From Okamejei kenojei (Eukaryota), in contig CM069162.1 in NCBI GenBank assembly GCA_035221665.1, positions 9,734,001-9,798,000 on the forward strand: a DNA stretch of 64,000 nucleotides. The letters are read 5' to 3'. The notes beneath the pieces were generated by a model. The model saw nothing but the letters and a program-made list of their open reading frames with translations, was not told the origin of the DNA and did no database searches. Below are positions 52,411-64,000 of this stretch, one piece after another (the stretch's first letter is position 1; the number at the start of each line of letters is the position of its first letter). The position numbers and the translations under genes are program-made.

Positions 52411-53081
52411 AGGTAGTATTTGTTTTGACACCAGTCCTGAACTACTGCAGAAAATATTGTTTAGTCAAATGTGGAGACTGCCTCTGCCTGTATTCATGAC
52501 AAAGGAAATGAAAGCGTGAGTGACATTGTAAAGGAAATACACTACTAGCTAAACTGATGGAATAATTATAAAATCACGAGAATAGTTATTATAAAAGATA
52601 CACATTAACATGATCCTGCTCATTGCCATAGCAAATTAATGATGATGGGTTTTGCAGCAATCAATTTCTCAAGATGCTGTTTCATCTTTATTTTTCTCCT
52701 TCTATTGTCTCTACCCTCATCGAGTCCCGACACTGAACATGTAAATGACTTCATTCCAACGTCACATTGACTTGTTATCATCCTGAGAGAAAGCGGCCAC
52801 TTTATTATGTTGGAGGTTACTTCCTGCACATGCAGAAGAGACTATGCATAACCAGAATGGGGATTTAAATTTGTGCTTCACAATATTTATGTGTATGTCC
52901 TTAAGTGCCTTATACCGTCTGCAACAATGGTGTCGCCTGATTTAAAGCTGTTTGAATTTTTCATTTAATTTGTTCTTTTTTATTCAGAGATCTGATTGGT
53001 ATAACAATGTTGTTCTGGCTGTGAAATTTCTCTATTGCCTGTTACTAATGAGATTTCAGTTGGAAAATAAAGCGTGTGTAA

Positions 53082-53279
53082 AGGGCCTGTCCAACTTGGG
53101 CGTCATTTGCACGTCACGCAGGTGGCGCGTGAAGATTTTGTGAATCCCAAAATCCTGGGGCGTCGCGCGCTATCGGGTGTGACTGCCTACGCCACCACAC
53201 CTTCACCATGCGCGTAATGCACGTCACGTGCACGTCGTGCGTCATGACGCGCAAATGACGCCCAAGTGGGACAGGCCGT
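53082..53279. mobile_element. MITE (PIF/Harbinger-like), CpG-rich
   Basis: ~35-bp TIRs agggcctgtccaacttgggcgtcatttgcacgtca / tgacgcgcaaatgacgcccaagtgggacaggccgt; TAA TSD at 53079-81 and 53280-82. Confidence 0.8.
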
Positions 53280-54439
53280 TAATTCTACTTGAACTGTGGA
53301 AAACAGTAGCATATGATTTTGACTGTCCAAATTTCTAATCACCATCTTGAACTATATAAGACTAATGTGAAGTACTGATGTTTATAAATCAGCAGTCATG
53401 ACAGTAATTGTGAATATACATTGTTTGTCACACAAATTGATGCAGTATTAAAGTTTACAGATTTCATGTGTTGCTTTTCAACAATGTATTAGTATGACTA
53501 CATAAAAATAACCAAAGGAACAAATTAAATGTATATAACTTCAGTTCTAATTTTCAGTTAGATGACTTGAATGTGTTTCTGCTTTGACAATATATCTTGT
53601 AAATACTTCATGAGAAGTTACCTGTTCCTTGGACCAAACACTTTATTATCTTCACGCACATAGGGAATATTGCAGTTTAAAAATGTTACCTCATTTTGTC
53701 TCTGATTCATTTCAAACCTTCAGTAAGTAGGGTTGACGTTATTAGCACAATTAATCACAACAAATTCATTTTGAAACTGATCTAAATTGCCTAATCTAAA
53801 TTGCCTGATCTAAGTTCCCTTTTCATCCATACTTCTTTTTTAACAAAGAGGCCATGTACATTAGAGGATCTGTCAGTGAGTAACTGTCACATTGTTGAGT
53901 CTGTTTACAATGGTTTTGCTCGGTGGAACACTGTAAAAATCGGGTTTCATCCACTACAGAATTAAAACTGATGTCCTTGTATTCTATTTGGTTTCATCTT
54001 GTGACAAAGACGTGTGCCTGTCTGAATTCTGCACACTGCTTCTGTTAAATCTATGGGAGAATGGAACAAGAAAGAAATCTTATGTTACATTATTTTCTCA
54101 CAGATTTCAATGTGGGCAAATAATTATTGCTGATGCACACTACCTCATATTTTGGGAGACCAAAGTTTTTTTTATTGAAGTTTATACTGGATCCTATTTG
54201 AATCCAATACTGGATCTGTGCTTTCATGCTGAAGGACAGTGGTAGAGCTTTTACGCTACTTAAAGACTGGTGAAGTGGATCCATATCAGAATATTCTGAC
54301 ACATCAAAGCATTGTTATCAATCGCTCATCTGAAAGCAATATTCTTGTGTATTACTTTCAGTCCTCCAATCTGGTCAGTACTTGTTTATCCAATCTGTAT
54401 GTTTCCATCGGCAAAGCTATACTCGTTCTTATGCGGAAC

Positions 54440-55660
54440 ATAGAGCAGAAGCTCTGAACAACACAGGAACATGTTCATCAGCCCAGGAGGTTTGCGGCGA
54501 ACATGATGCCAAATTAAACTAATCTCTTCTGCCTGTACAGGATCCATTTCCCTCCATTCCTTGCGTATCTATGTGCCTATCTAAAAGCCTCTTAAATGCC
54601 ATTTTCATATCTGCTTCCACCATCACCTGTCAGAGCAATCCAAGCACCTACCATTCTCTATGTAACAACAAAACTTGGCCTGCACATCTCATTTAAACTT
54701 CCCCCTCTTTCATCTTAATGCTATGTCCTCCAGCTTGGGAAAAAGATTCCGACTGATAAGGCGAACAGCATTGAACACAATACTCCAAATGCAGCCTAAA
54801 CAAAGTTTTATAAAGTTGTCAAATGACTTCTTGACTTTTATACTTAGTGCTTTGACAAATGAGGGCAAGCATGCCATACACTTTATTTCCCACTTTATCT
54901 ACCTGTATAGGGAACGATTGAGTTGGACCCGAAAATCTCTCTGAACATCAATGCTTTTGAGGGTCTTGCCTTTAACTCTATCTTTTCCCCTTATATTTGA
55001 CCTGCCAAAGTGCATCAGGGGCCTAGATTAAACTCCCATCTGCCATTTTTGCGCCCATATGTGTAACTGATCTATGTTTTGCTGCATCTGTTGACAGCTT
55101 TCTTCACTATTCAACTCCACCAATTTTGGTCCATCTGCAAAACTTACGAACCAACCCATCTACATTTTTCTCCATGGTAGGCAAAAAAGCTGGAGAAACT
55201 CAGTGGGTGAGGCAGCATCTATGGAGCGAAGGAATAGGCGACGTTTTGGGTCGAGACCCTTCTTCAGACTGGTCTTCAGTGCAAAAATGAGAGCAGACAG
55301 ATCAAGCATTGCACTGCAAAATCAAAGTGCAAAGTTCAGTCTCAACCGCAGCGTTGCCTATTCCTTTGCTCCATAGATGCTGCCTCACCCGCTGAGTTTC
55401 TCCAGCTTTTTTGTCTACCTTCGAATTTTCCAGTATCTGCTGTTCTTTCGTAAATAAATAGATTTTTCTCCAAGTAGTTTGTACATATCCCGAACAGCGG
55501 AGGCCTCAGCCAAGGTTCATGTGGAACACCACAGGTCACAGGCCTCCAGGGAAAATAGCACTCTTCCACCGCAACTCTGTCTTCTATGCGTAAGCCAGAT
55601 CTGAATCCAAACCGTCAAGTTACCGTGGATCCCATGCAACTTAATCTTCTGAATCAGCCA
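54440..55660 (-). mobile_element. CR1 LINE fragment interrupted by a Penelope-derived foldback element
   Basis: gaacacaatactccaaatgc and ccatctgcaaaactt (FADD region on minus); ORF 55342..55569 begins WRPVTCGVP. Confidence 0.75.
55175..55461. mobile_element. Foldback Penelope-derived insertion
   Basis: Near-perfect ~70-bp inverted arms; 11-bp TSD atttttctcca at 55164-55174 and 55462-55472. Confidence 0.85.
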
Positions 55661-57212
55661 TGTGTACTCCATGTGTCGGAGACACATCTTTGTAGCACTT
55701 TATGGAGTATCCACTGAAAATCTGTTAGTTCTTCCTAAATGCCCATTAAATTTGCTGAGAGCTCTGTTGACAGGCAATTAACATGTTGTCTAGTCAGTTA
55801 ACAAAGACACTATTCAACAGAAAAACACCAATGAGTCTACATTCAGTCAGCATATTAAACTTGTCTTTGATAGGAACCAAAAGCCCTATTAATTGACCAG
55901 CTTGCTAGACCTTGTAAAATTTGTCTTTTGCATCCTGATGTAATTTGGCCACCCTTTGTGGCCTCCAATGCAAAAACTAAGGAAAGAGGACACAATTAAA
56001 ATTGCAGTTTTGCAGCGGAAAGAATGATCTACAAATATTAATTTTAATAAGGTAAACAGAAATACAGAATCTTTTAGTTTCCCTTTTGGCTTCTTGGACG
56101 TCGGACATACTGGTTTGAACACACAAGAAGTTCAAAGCTAGTGCCTTGCAGTAAGTATGTGTTCTGTTTAAGGATGTGCTTTTATTCTTGTTTTTCTCCA
56201 CGGCGATCCCTTCCCTTCCGCAGAACACTTGCTACAAAACCGTTTTAGCTACTTCTGCACGTCACCTATCACTGTAGCACCACATGTACTTCAGTCACAG
56301 TCAGCGGTGAAGTATTGTCGGGGAGTGGAGGATATCAGTGGTCCGTGCATGCATGGTTATTTATTGGAAGCTATTTGTACAAATTGAATGCAGCTGACAG
56401 GTCAGTCTGCTTTTCCTGCAAGAAATGAAAAACAAGTCTGCTGTGGTGCCAGGATTTTTTTAGTTTTAAGAAAGCTTTCCATACCACTAAATAATTGGCC
56501 CCTGGTGTGCAAAATGCAAAGCAGGATATCATCTGTTAGAAATGGTATTGCTTATTCCTGAAATGGCAAATGTAACCATTTTTCTGGCATCTCCCTCAGA
56601 GCTTAACCATCTTCAAAAACTGAAGCAAGATATTCAATCCAGTGATTATATGTGGATTGACTGATTTCACAGCATTCACTGAAATACTTGTCTGGAACAA
56701 TGGTTGTGGGAACTGATAAAACCTAGTTTGGCTTCTGGAACTAAATGTTGGACCTTGATCAACTCGCGAGGGAGCCATGGTTCTTTCTGTGTTTAAGCAG
56801 TGTTACAATTAGAAACTATTTTATTGCTATCCCTTTATGCCTGTGTTTTTGAACTGAGGAAAAAAAGTAAGGCCATTGTTAATGTGCTGATCATTTCTGT
56901 TGCTTCATGCTGCTTAATGTGAAACTCATTGATATGGGCACAACAAAACATTAAGTCCATATTTTAAAACTACATGGGATGTTTTTAATTATTCTCTGAG
57001 GATCCTTACTGGTCAGCTATGTCAACAGTACAGTTGTGGTTTGAAACTTGACGCTATAGACTGAGCTGCTAGATCGTGTAACAGTTACATTATTGAGATG
57101 AGATCCTATCTCTCCTATCAGCCTAATTAAAAGATTCCAGAAGATTCTGGGAACAAGGAGAGATTATCTTTAATGTTGTGTTCATTAAATATTTCTTGAT
57201 CAACAGCAATGT

Positions 57213-57525
57213 GTCACAGTGGCGCAGCGGGTAGAGCTGCTGCTTCACAGCGCCAGAGGCCCGGGTTCGATCCTGACTTTGGGTGCTCTCTAAGTGGCGT
57301 TTGTACCTTCTCTATATGACCGCATGGGGTTCCTCCTGGTCCTCTGGTTTCTTCCCACATCCCAAAGAATTGCGGGTTCGTAGGTTAATTGGCCTCTGTA
57401 AATTGCCCATAGTGTGTCGGGACTGGATACGAAGGTGGGATAACACAGAACTAGTTCGAACGGGTGATCGATGGTTGGCGTGGATTAAAGGGTCTGTTTC
57501 CATGCTGTACCTCTAAACCAAACTA
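57213..57525 (+). mobile_element. HE1-type V-SINE
   Basis: gtggcgcagcgggtagagctgctgcttcacagcgccagaggcccgggttcgatcc (tRNA A/B boxes); V-domain; (CTAAA)-like tail. Confidence 0.88.
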
Positions 57526-57679
57526 AATTAAACATCGATGATGACATTTATCACTGCCTTCAATGTGTCAGTGCAGTCTTTGGTTGATTGAGGAACGAGA
57601 ATCAGGACCTGGGCTGCAATGATCCTTGCCCTCCTTTAGGTATCCTTGATCTAGACTACCTACTCCTCATTAGGAGGTT

Positions 57680-58290
57680 AAGCAAACCAAAATCTAACGC
57701 AATCACACTTAGTTGTCGGAATTGCTTGCCATTATGACTGATGAAGGAGCATTTGAGACAGTATTGAGGACCTTGAAGCTGTGGACCAAGAGCACAGAGA
57801 ATAAACGGCAAAATGGCATAAATGGCAAAAATAACGTACCACCTCATCTACCATCCATCTACTCCCGTCAAGCCATGCTTACACCGTCTATGGAAGAATC
57901 TGTGGTTCTCCCATTGATCTCATGAACTACCTCAAAACTGGAGTGAAGCAAGTCATTTTCAATGCAAAGGGACTGCCTAAGATGAAGTAATATTGACTTA
58001 TAGACCAATTTCCCCACAGGCTATGAGAGTATCTCTAGTGTCCAACATTGAGGCCTTAGTTACCTACGTTGGGAAGGCCACGCTGTTCATTAGCCAGAAT
58101 GATCATTTTGTTGTATTTACTCAAGTATTTTGTTGTATTTACTCAAGCATAAAACAATCCCACTGACCTGTTGGAATCACTGGATATTAAGACTGACGAA
58201 GGAGCATTCGGGACAGTATTGCGAGCCTTGAGGCATCAGTAGAACAAAGAATACCTCTCTGTACGCGTTTGCGAACAGCAGGTTTCTTAC
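57680..58290 (+). mobile_element. Two decayed RTE-type LINE 3' fragments
   Basis: Duplicated gactga(t/c)gaaggagcatt..gacagtattg at ~57736 and ~58192; 3' end aactggagtgaagcaagtcat...gggactgcctaagatgaag resembles RTE termini. Confidence 0.5.
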
Positions 58291-58787
58291 CTTGAAAAAC
58301 CCACCTAATTTGACTGTTTTGGAACTTGTGGCATCCTGTACTATGCTAATGTCAACAAAGCTGTTGGTGACTGTGTGCTGTCATAGTGATAAGCTCCTAA
58401 TGCATGATGCAGTAGCTGCTGAGTTAAGAGTCATCTGTCATATGTGGCAATGTCAGGGATCCAGACCTCCTGATGCTGATTTATGCATTGGCCTAATGTT
58501 GTTGTGGTTGCACATTGACATGAATGAAGTGAAATAATTTGAGAGGCTACAGAGCCCGCAGTGTTATTGGCCTCTGTAAAACCATTTCACTGGTTTGAAA
58601 TTCTGTCCCCATGATGGATGATGATAAGTTATTGTAGAGCTCTTCCCTGCAAGTTATTTTTATGAATACTTCTTTATCTAACAGGTAACAGTGGAGAACT
58701 GTAAAATCTGTAATTTGTGAGGAAAAAGGCTTGTGGAGCTGAGAGGAATCAGCTGCAAATCTGAAAGGGAGACAGAAAATGTAAATT

Positions 58788-58911
58788 TCGGGTCACGACT
58801 CGAAACGTCACCTATTCCTTCACTCCATAGATGCTGCCTCACCCGTTGAGTTTCTCCAGCATTTTTGTCTACCTTTGATTTCTCCAGCATCTGCAGTTTT
58901 TTCTTAAACAC
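58788..58911 (+). mobile_element. Short Penelope-derived insertion
   Basis: gggtcacgactcgaaacgtcacctattcc...ctgcagtttt; 12-bp TSD aaaatgtaaatt at 58776-58787 and 58912-58923. Confidence 0.8.
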
Positions 58912-59034
58912 AAAATGTAAATTGTGCATTTGAGAAAGATATACTTAAAATCATTACAGTTGTTGAGTGGCCCAATTTAACTGTCCACTTTTTTAAAGGC
59001 TTAAAGCTAACTCCCTGATTTACATACATGCCAT

Positions 59035-59277
59035 GATTGGTGCAGCGGTAGAGCTGCTGCCTTACAGCGCCAGAGACCCAGGTTCGTTCCTGACTATGGG
59101 TGCTGTCTGTATGAAGTTTGTACATTCTCCCTGTGACCACGTGAGTTTTCCCCAGCTTAATTAAAATTGTAAATTATCCTAGTGTGTAGGGTAATGCTAT
59201 TGCATGGGGTGATCGCTGGCCAGCGCGGACTCAGTTGGACGAAGGACCTGTTTCCGTGCTGTAGCTCTAAAGTCTAA
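59035..59277 (+). mobile_element. HE1-type V-SINE (internally deleted)
   Basis: ggtgcagcggtagagctgctgccttacagcgccagagacccaggttcg head; gaaggacctgtttccgtgctg tail. Confidence 0.85.
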
Positions 59278-60249
59278 GACACTTCAGTGCAGTGCTGAGG
59301 GAGTTCTGTATTATTGGTGTGGCACCTCTTGAGTGAGGTGCCAGGTCTAGAAACAGGCGAAAGTTAAAAATGGTTTAACAAGAGAAAAATCTGGAAACAC
59401 TCACAAGATTAGACAGTCTCTGTGATAAGAGGAACAGAGATGACATTTTAGGTCAAAGACCCTTTGTTGGGATTATTTGACCTGAAAGATTAATGCTGTT
59501 TCTCTTTCCATAGTTGCCCGAACTACTGAGTGTTCCCAGCTCCTCCTGTCGTTATTTTGGATTTCCAGCATCTGCAGATTTTTCCTTTTTGTTTACTGTA
59601 CAGTTTACTGTTATAGTATTACATGAAGGAAAGCCTGCTGGTGTTCTGATCAATATATCAAGTTGGAGATTGCCTTGAGTAACAATACATTCATTGAAAA
59701 AATAATTGACTAAATAAAGCTGCTGTCAACATTTTCCTTTTTTATTTATGACTTTTTTGATTATTATACTAGATTATACTATTATTATTACTAGTCATCG
59801 AACTATGCACTTTTGACATTTTATGAGACTTAACGTTTTGTATAAAAATAATTATTGAATTCAAGCTGTGCTCAAATTCTTCTTCTTGTTCTATTTGTTT
59901 GTGCTTTTTATTCTTTTGCTTAAAACATTTTTTTTCCCTGTTATATGTCTGCCTGTAATCCTGACATCTGAAAGCCATAAAGATTAATAGCTTCCAGGCA
60001 GGGAAAATGAGAGCAAGATGAATTGTTTTTAAGTTGGCACATGTGAGTTCTTTATTAAATACAACAGAACATGAAAATATAACAAATTAGATTCACAGAT
60101 GATTTAAAAGCTATATCTTAGCTTACACCAAGATGTGGCTTAATAAAGCTTACAAGCAATGTTGACATTTGTTTAATAAAACTGTTTTGGAAAAAAGCAG
60201 CTTAGAACAAAGGTATCCTATTATGTAGTCATGATAGGTACCCTGATAA

Positions 60250-60600
60250 ATTATGAGTGGGTATTTTTCACTTAATACATCAAACTATTTCTCTACAGCA
60301 AAATCTCACCAATAACATAGAGATAAATGATCAGTTAATCTGTTTTTGGTGATCTTGGTTGAGAGAAGGTTGTTAACGGGGCATAAAAAAAGTTTGAACA
60401 GTTGACAATAGATAGGATCTTTGATTTTTTTAATCAAAATAGGCAATTGATGTTAAATTTAATTTGCTGTTTAGGTGAATTTTCTGTTTTAGTGTGTCCA
60501 GATAATAGCAATTATGCTTTCTGGCTGTGATTCTTCAGCAACAAAGTACTTTGGGTATCCTGAGAATGTGCTTGTACTACACGTTAATTATTTCTTGTGT
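60250..60600 (-). mobile_element. Very old DeuSINE/SacSINE1-like remnant
   Basis: aatgatcagttaatctgtttttggtgatcttggttgag...ggatctttt resembles the reverse complement of the Deu-domain SINE body; similar traces at ~57090-57210 and ~59278-59345. Confidence 0.4.
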
Positions 60601-61004
60601 AAATGTCTGGCTACTTAGCTCAACAATACAGAGCTCTCACAGCACAGATTACTTTGTGCACCCATTCCTAGATTGAGTTGTGATCATATCTTAAACTGAT
60701 ACTTGAAACTCAGTCTTGCTTTGGATAAAACAAGTCCTAATCACTAATTTGTAAACTTCAGGAAAGGACAATCTGGGATTATCCATCATTTTTTGAGTTT
60801 GTTTGCTACCATAGTTGGATACTTGAAAAATCCTGTGCCTTTCTGTATTTACAAAATAACCGTTTAATGTTTACTTGGAAGAATTCCTTTAAAACTCTTC
60901 TAAAAACATAATTTTTAGTCATTGTTTTCTACAGACATTACTGCGAATAAAATGTAAACATTTTGGCATTTTAATTCCATTCTAATCAAAAGCGAATGAT
61001 TTCT

Positions 61005-61439
61005 TAATAGAAACAAGAAACTGCAGATGCTACTTTACAAAATCGACACAAAGTGCAGGAGTAACTCAGCGTGTCGGGCCGCATCTCTGGAGAATGTGGA
61101 AAGGTGATGTTTTTGGGAGCCCCTCCCCACGTCCCCTACATGTCGCACTTATTTCTCCGCTCTCCTCTTTTACCTACATTCCTTCCTCCATCTTTACAAT
61201 TCGCATCTCTACAATCCTTTTGTCTTTTCATCTCTGGCCTTCTTCCAAATATCTGCCTATCACACGCCCTCCCCTCACTTCTATCAACCTATCTTTGTCC
61301 TTCCCCTCCCCTCATCCAGCTTTCTTCCATCCCACTGCAATCAGTCTGCAGAAAGATCTCAACCTGAAATGTCACCTATCTGTATTCTCCAGGGATGTTG
61401 CCTGACCCGCTGAGTTACTCCAGCACTTTGTATCACTTT
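61005..61439. mobile_element. Foldback Penelope-derived element with a pyrimidine-rich spacer
   Basis: Inverted pLTR arms; 11-bp TSD gaatgatttct at 60994-61004 and 61440-61450. Confidence 0.8.
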
Positions 61440-61479
61440 GAATGATTTCTGAGATGGAAGGTTGAATGAGGCAGTGTCG

Positions 61480-61955
61480 ATGTTATTCTTAAGGCGCTGG
61501 ACAGGCCGCAGTTGGAGTACTGTGAGCAAATTTGAGCCCCATATCTGAGGAAGGATGTGCTGGCTCTAGAGAGGGTCCAGAGGAGGCAACAAGAATTATT
61601 CCAGGAATGAGTGGCATAGCATATAATGGCGCTTGGCAGCACTGGACCTCTACTCACTGTTTAGAAGGTTGAGGGGTGACCCCATTGAAACCTACAGAAT
61701 AATGAAAGGCAGAGTGGATGTGGAGAGGATATTTACACTGGTGGTGGGAGAGTCTAGAACCAGAGGTCATAGCCTCAGAATTAAAGGGCGCTCTTTTAGA
61801 AATGAGGTGAGGAGGAACTTCTTTAGTCAGAGGGTAGTTAATCTGTGGAACTCATTGCCACAGAGGGCTGTGCAGGCCAAGTCAGTGGATATTTTTAAGG
61901 CGGAGATGGACAAATTCTTAATTAGAACGGACGTCACAGGTTATGGGGAGAGGCA
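61480..61955 (+). mobile_element. CR1 LINE fragment
   Basis: RRLRGDPIETYRIMKG...RNFFSQRVVNLWNSLPQRAV. Confidence 0.88.
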
Positions 61956-62687
61956 TGCTCCTTTGGAATGCTGCTATGTATCTCCAAAGCTGCAATAAAA
62001 CTGCCTTTGAAGGATTCATTGGAGCAGATTATTGATTGAATATTGCTGAGGTCTGGAAATAGGAAGGAAATTTAATATAATATAAAGAAAAGTATAAACT
62101 CAATGAACAGGACACAAATTTACAAGAGTTGTGGAGCCTTTTACATTTGCAATATAACCAAGAGAAAATCTTATCCACCTAAAACCATTGTTTACTGGAT
62201 CTTGCAGTTCTATCATGCAAAAATCGCAATTTTACTCATCTTTAGTGCAGATACGAAGGAAGAAAATATAAAGTCAGTACTTTTGGAACGTTGAATAAAT
62301 GAGTAGCAGTGCAGATTTCTCCTCTGTGCTACAAATGTAGTCTAGTTTAGACATACAGCATGGAAACTAGTTGTTTGGTCCACTAAGTCGACACAAACCA
62401 TTGAAACTTGAGACTTAACTTTTTTCGTTCATTTTTCACAATAGGGACACAACTGGCACCATCAGGTGCTTCGAATGGCCCTTGTGGATGTGGTGGAGAG
62501 TCACCCGCTGCTGCTTTCTTGGTGAGAGCACTTGGTATTAATGTGTAGGGACTTCTAGGATTGAGAACTAGTGAATTCTCCAGGTCAGAATGGTGGACAA
62601 ATTGCGAGGAATCCTGCAGATGGTGCTGTTTCCACCTACCTACAGAACCTGAACTACTTGATGGTGGAGTAGCGGATTCGGGGTTAT

Positions 62688-63275
62688 GGACAATGGACAA
62701 AAGGTGCAGGAATAGGCCATTCGGCCCTTTGAGCCAGCAGTGCCATTCATTGTGATCATGGCTGATCATCCACAATCAGTACCCTGTTCCTGCCCTCCCC
62801 ATATCCCTTGACTCTGCTATCTTTCAGAGCTCTATCTAACTCTCTTGAAAGCATCCAGAGAATTGGCCTCCACTGCCTTCTGAGGCAGAGAATTCCACAG
62901 ATTCGCAACTCTCCGGGAGAAAAACTTTTTCCTCATCTCCGTTCTAAATGGCTAACCCCTTATTCTTAAAGTGTGGTGCCTGGTTCTGGACTCCACCAAC
63001 ATTGGGAGCATGTTTCCTGCCTCTAGTGTGTCCAATCCCTTAATAATCTTATATGTTTCAATATGATCCCTTCTAAATTCCACTATATACAAGCCCAGTC
63101 GCTCCATTCTTTCAACATATGACAGTCCCACCTTCCTGGGAATTAACCTCGTGAACCCACGCTGCACTCCCTCAATAGCAAGAATGTCCTTCCTCAATTT
63201 TGGAGACCAAAGCAGCACACAATACTCCAGGTGTGGTCTCACTAACGCCCTGTACAACTGTCTATTGTCTATTGA
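62688..63275 (-). mobile_element. 5'-truncated CR1 with a 7-bp TSD, inserted in an older LINE remnant (~62440-64000)
   Basis: ORF 62952..63257 begins YRALVRPHLEYCVLLWSP; TSD gggttat at 62681-87 and 63276-82. Confidence 0.88.
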
Positions 63276-64000
63276 GGGTTATTTTTGGTTAAACCTAGGC
63301 CAGAATCTTCAGTTGGTTTTATTTGTGGTAAACAGTGTAACCATTGTGTGCTGATTGAGGAGGAAATAAATATTTAGGGTGGTGGATGGGGCGCCAGTCA
63401 AACAGATGATGTCTTGTCCTAGAATGTGTTGAGCTGCTGGAGTTACATTTGTCCAGACAAGTGGAAAATATCATCAGGCTCCTCTTGTAGATGTGAAAAG
63501 GCCTGATGGTGTCAGGAGGTGAGTCTTTCGTGTGGTGTGCACAGCCTAAAGTTGTAGGACAACTTGTTTGATCTTCTGTATGTGCACGTCGAGTTGATTG
63601 CATTAGTCGAAACAGGGCGGACCACGTGAAGGTTGCAATCTTTCACCCCAGGAGATTAGGCATTTGCTGTGGTATATCCAGACTCAGATCTTCGGCTGTG
63701 TCCACGGTATTTATGGGGTTTTTGATGGTGGGCAACTTGACAATGTTAAAGCATTGAATATTGTGGATGGTTGATTGATCTTAATTATTGGAAGTGGCCA
63801 TTATCTGATATATTTGTGATGCAAATATAACACTTTGCACTGTGCTGGAGTCTTATCTGGACTTGTTGCATGCAGGTATGTTGGTCAACTGGAATGGAAC
63901 AGTGTGAAATTATCAGCAAAAATGCTCATTCGTTACCTTATGATGGCATAAAAGGCATCGGTGAAGTTGCTAAAGATGCTTGGGCCTTTTGAGGAACTGT

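Noticed and set aside
57218-57275. tRNA gene
   Set aside because: The A/B boxes belong to an HE1 SINE head that continues into a V-domain and CR1-like tail; no complete cloverleaf.
58105-58147. 22-bp tandem duplication (attttgttgtatttactcaag twice)
   Set aside because: Ordinary slippage duplication inside a decayed LINE.
52190-64000. Next RERE exon (RLNSTQGEIRVGPSHQ)
   Set aside because: No matching sequence found; gaacaaggagagatt at ~57151 is a chance partial match within a SINE remnant.

Overview
This is vertebrate nuclear DNA: AT-rich, CpG-depleted and mostly intronic. The repeat complement (HE1-type tRNA/V-SINEs, shark-type CR1 and Penelope fragments) points to a cartilaginous fish, probably a skate or ray (inference). 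The only host gene I can support is RERE (atrophin-2) or a close paralog on the + strand. Three BAH-domain exons lie at 42368-42473, 51872-51968 and 52085-52189, and the last two are joined by a 116-nt GC-AG intron. The rest is intron filled with transposable elements: a decayed IR/DR Tc1, Rex1/Babar, CR1 and RTE LINE fragments, about 10 HE1 SINEs, a solo LTR, two Harbinger-like MITEs and many Penelope-derived pieces. The most unusual signals are: (1) about 20 short Penelope-derived insertions carrying a minimal hammerhead-ribozyme core, several with exact 10-16 bp target-site duplications (TSDs); (2) a pogo/Tigger-like non-autonomous DNA transposon carrying a decayed histone H1 globular-domain fragment; (3) a non-autonomous retroelement with an internal array of about 22 GC-rich hairpin units organised as a 265-bp higher-order repeat; (4) a 0.4-kb templated local duplication inserted into a SINE. 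TE family names come from motif recognition without database searches, and most TE boundaries are approximate.
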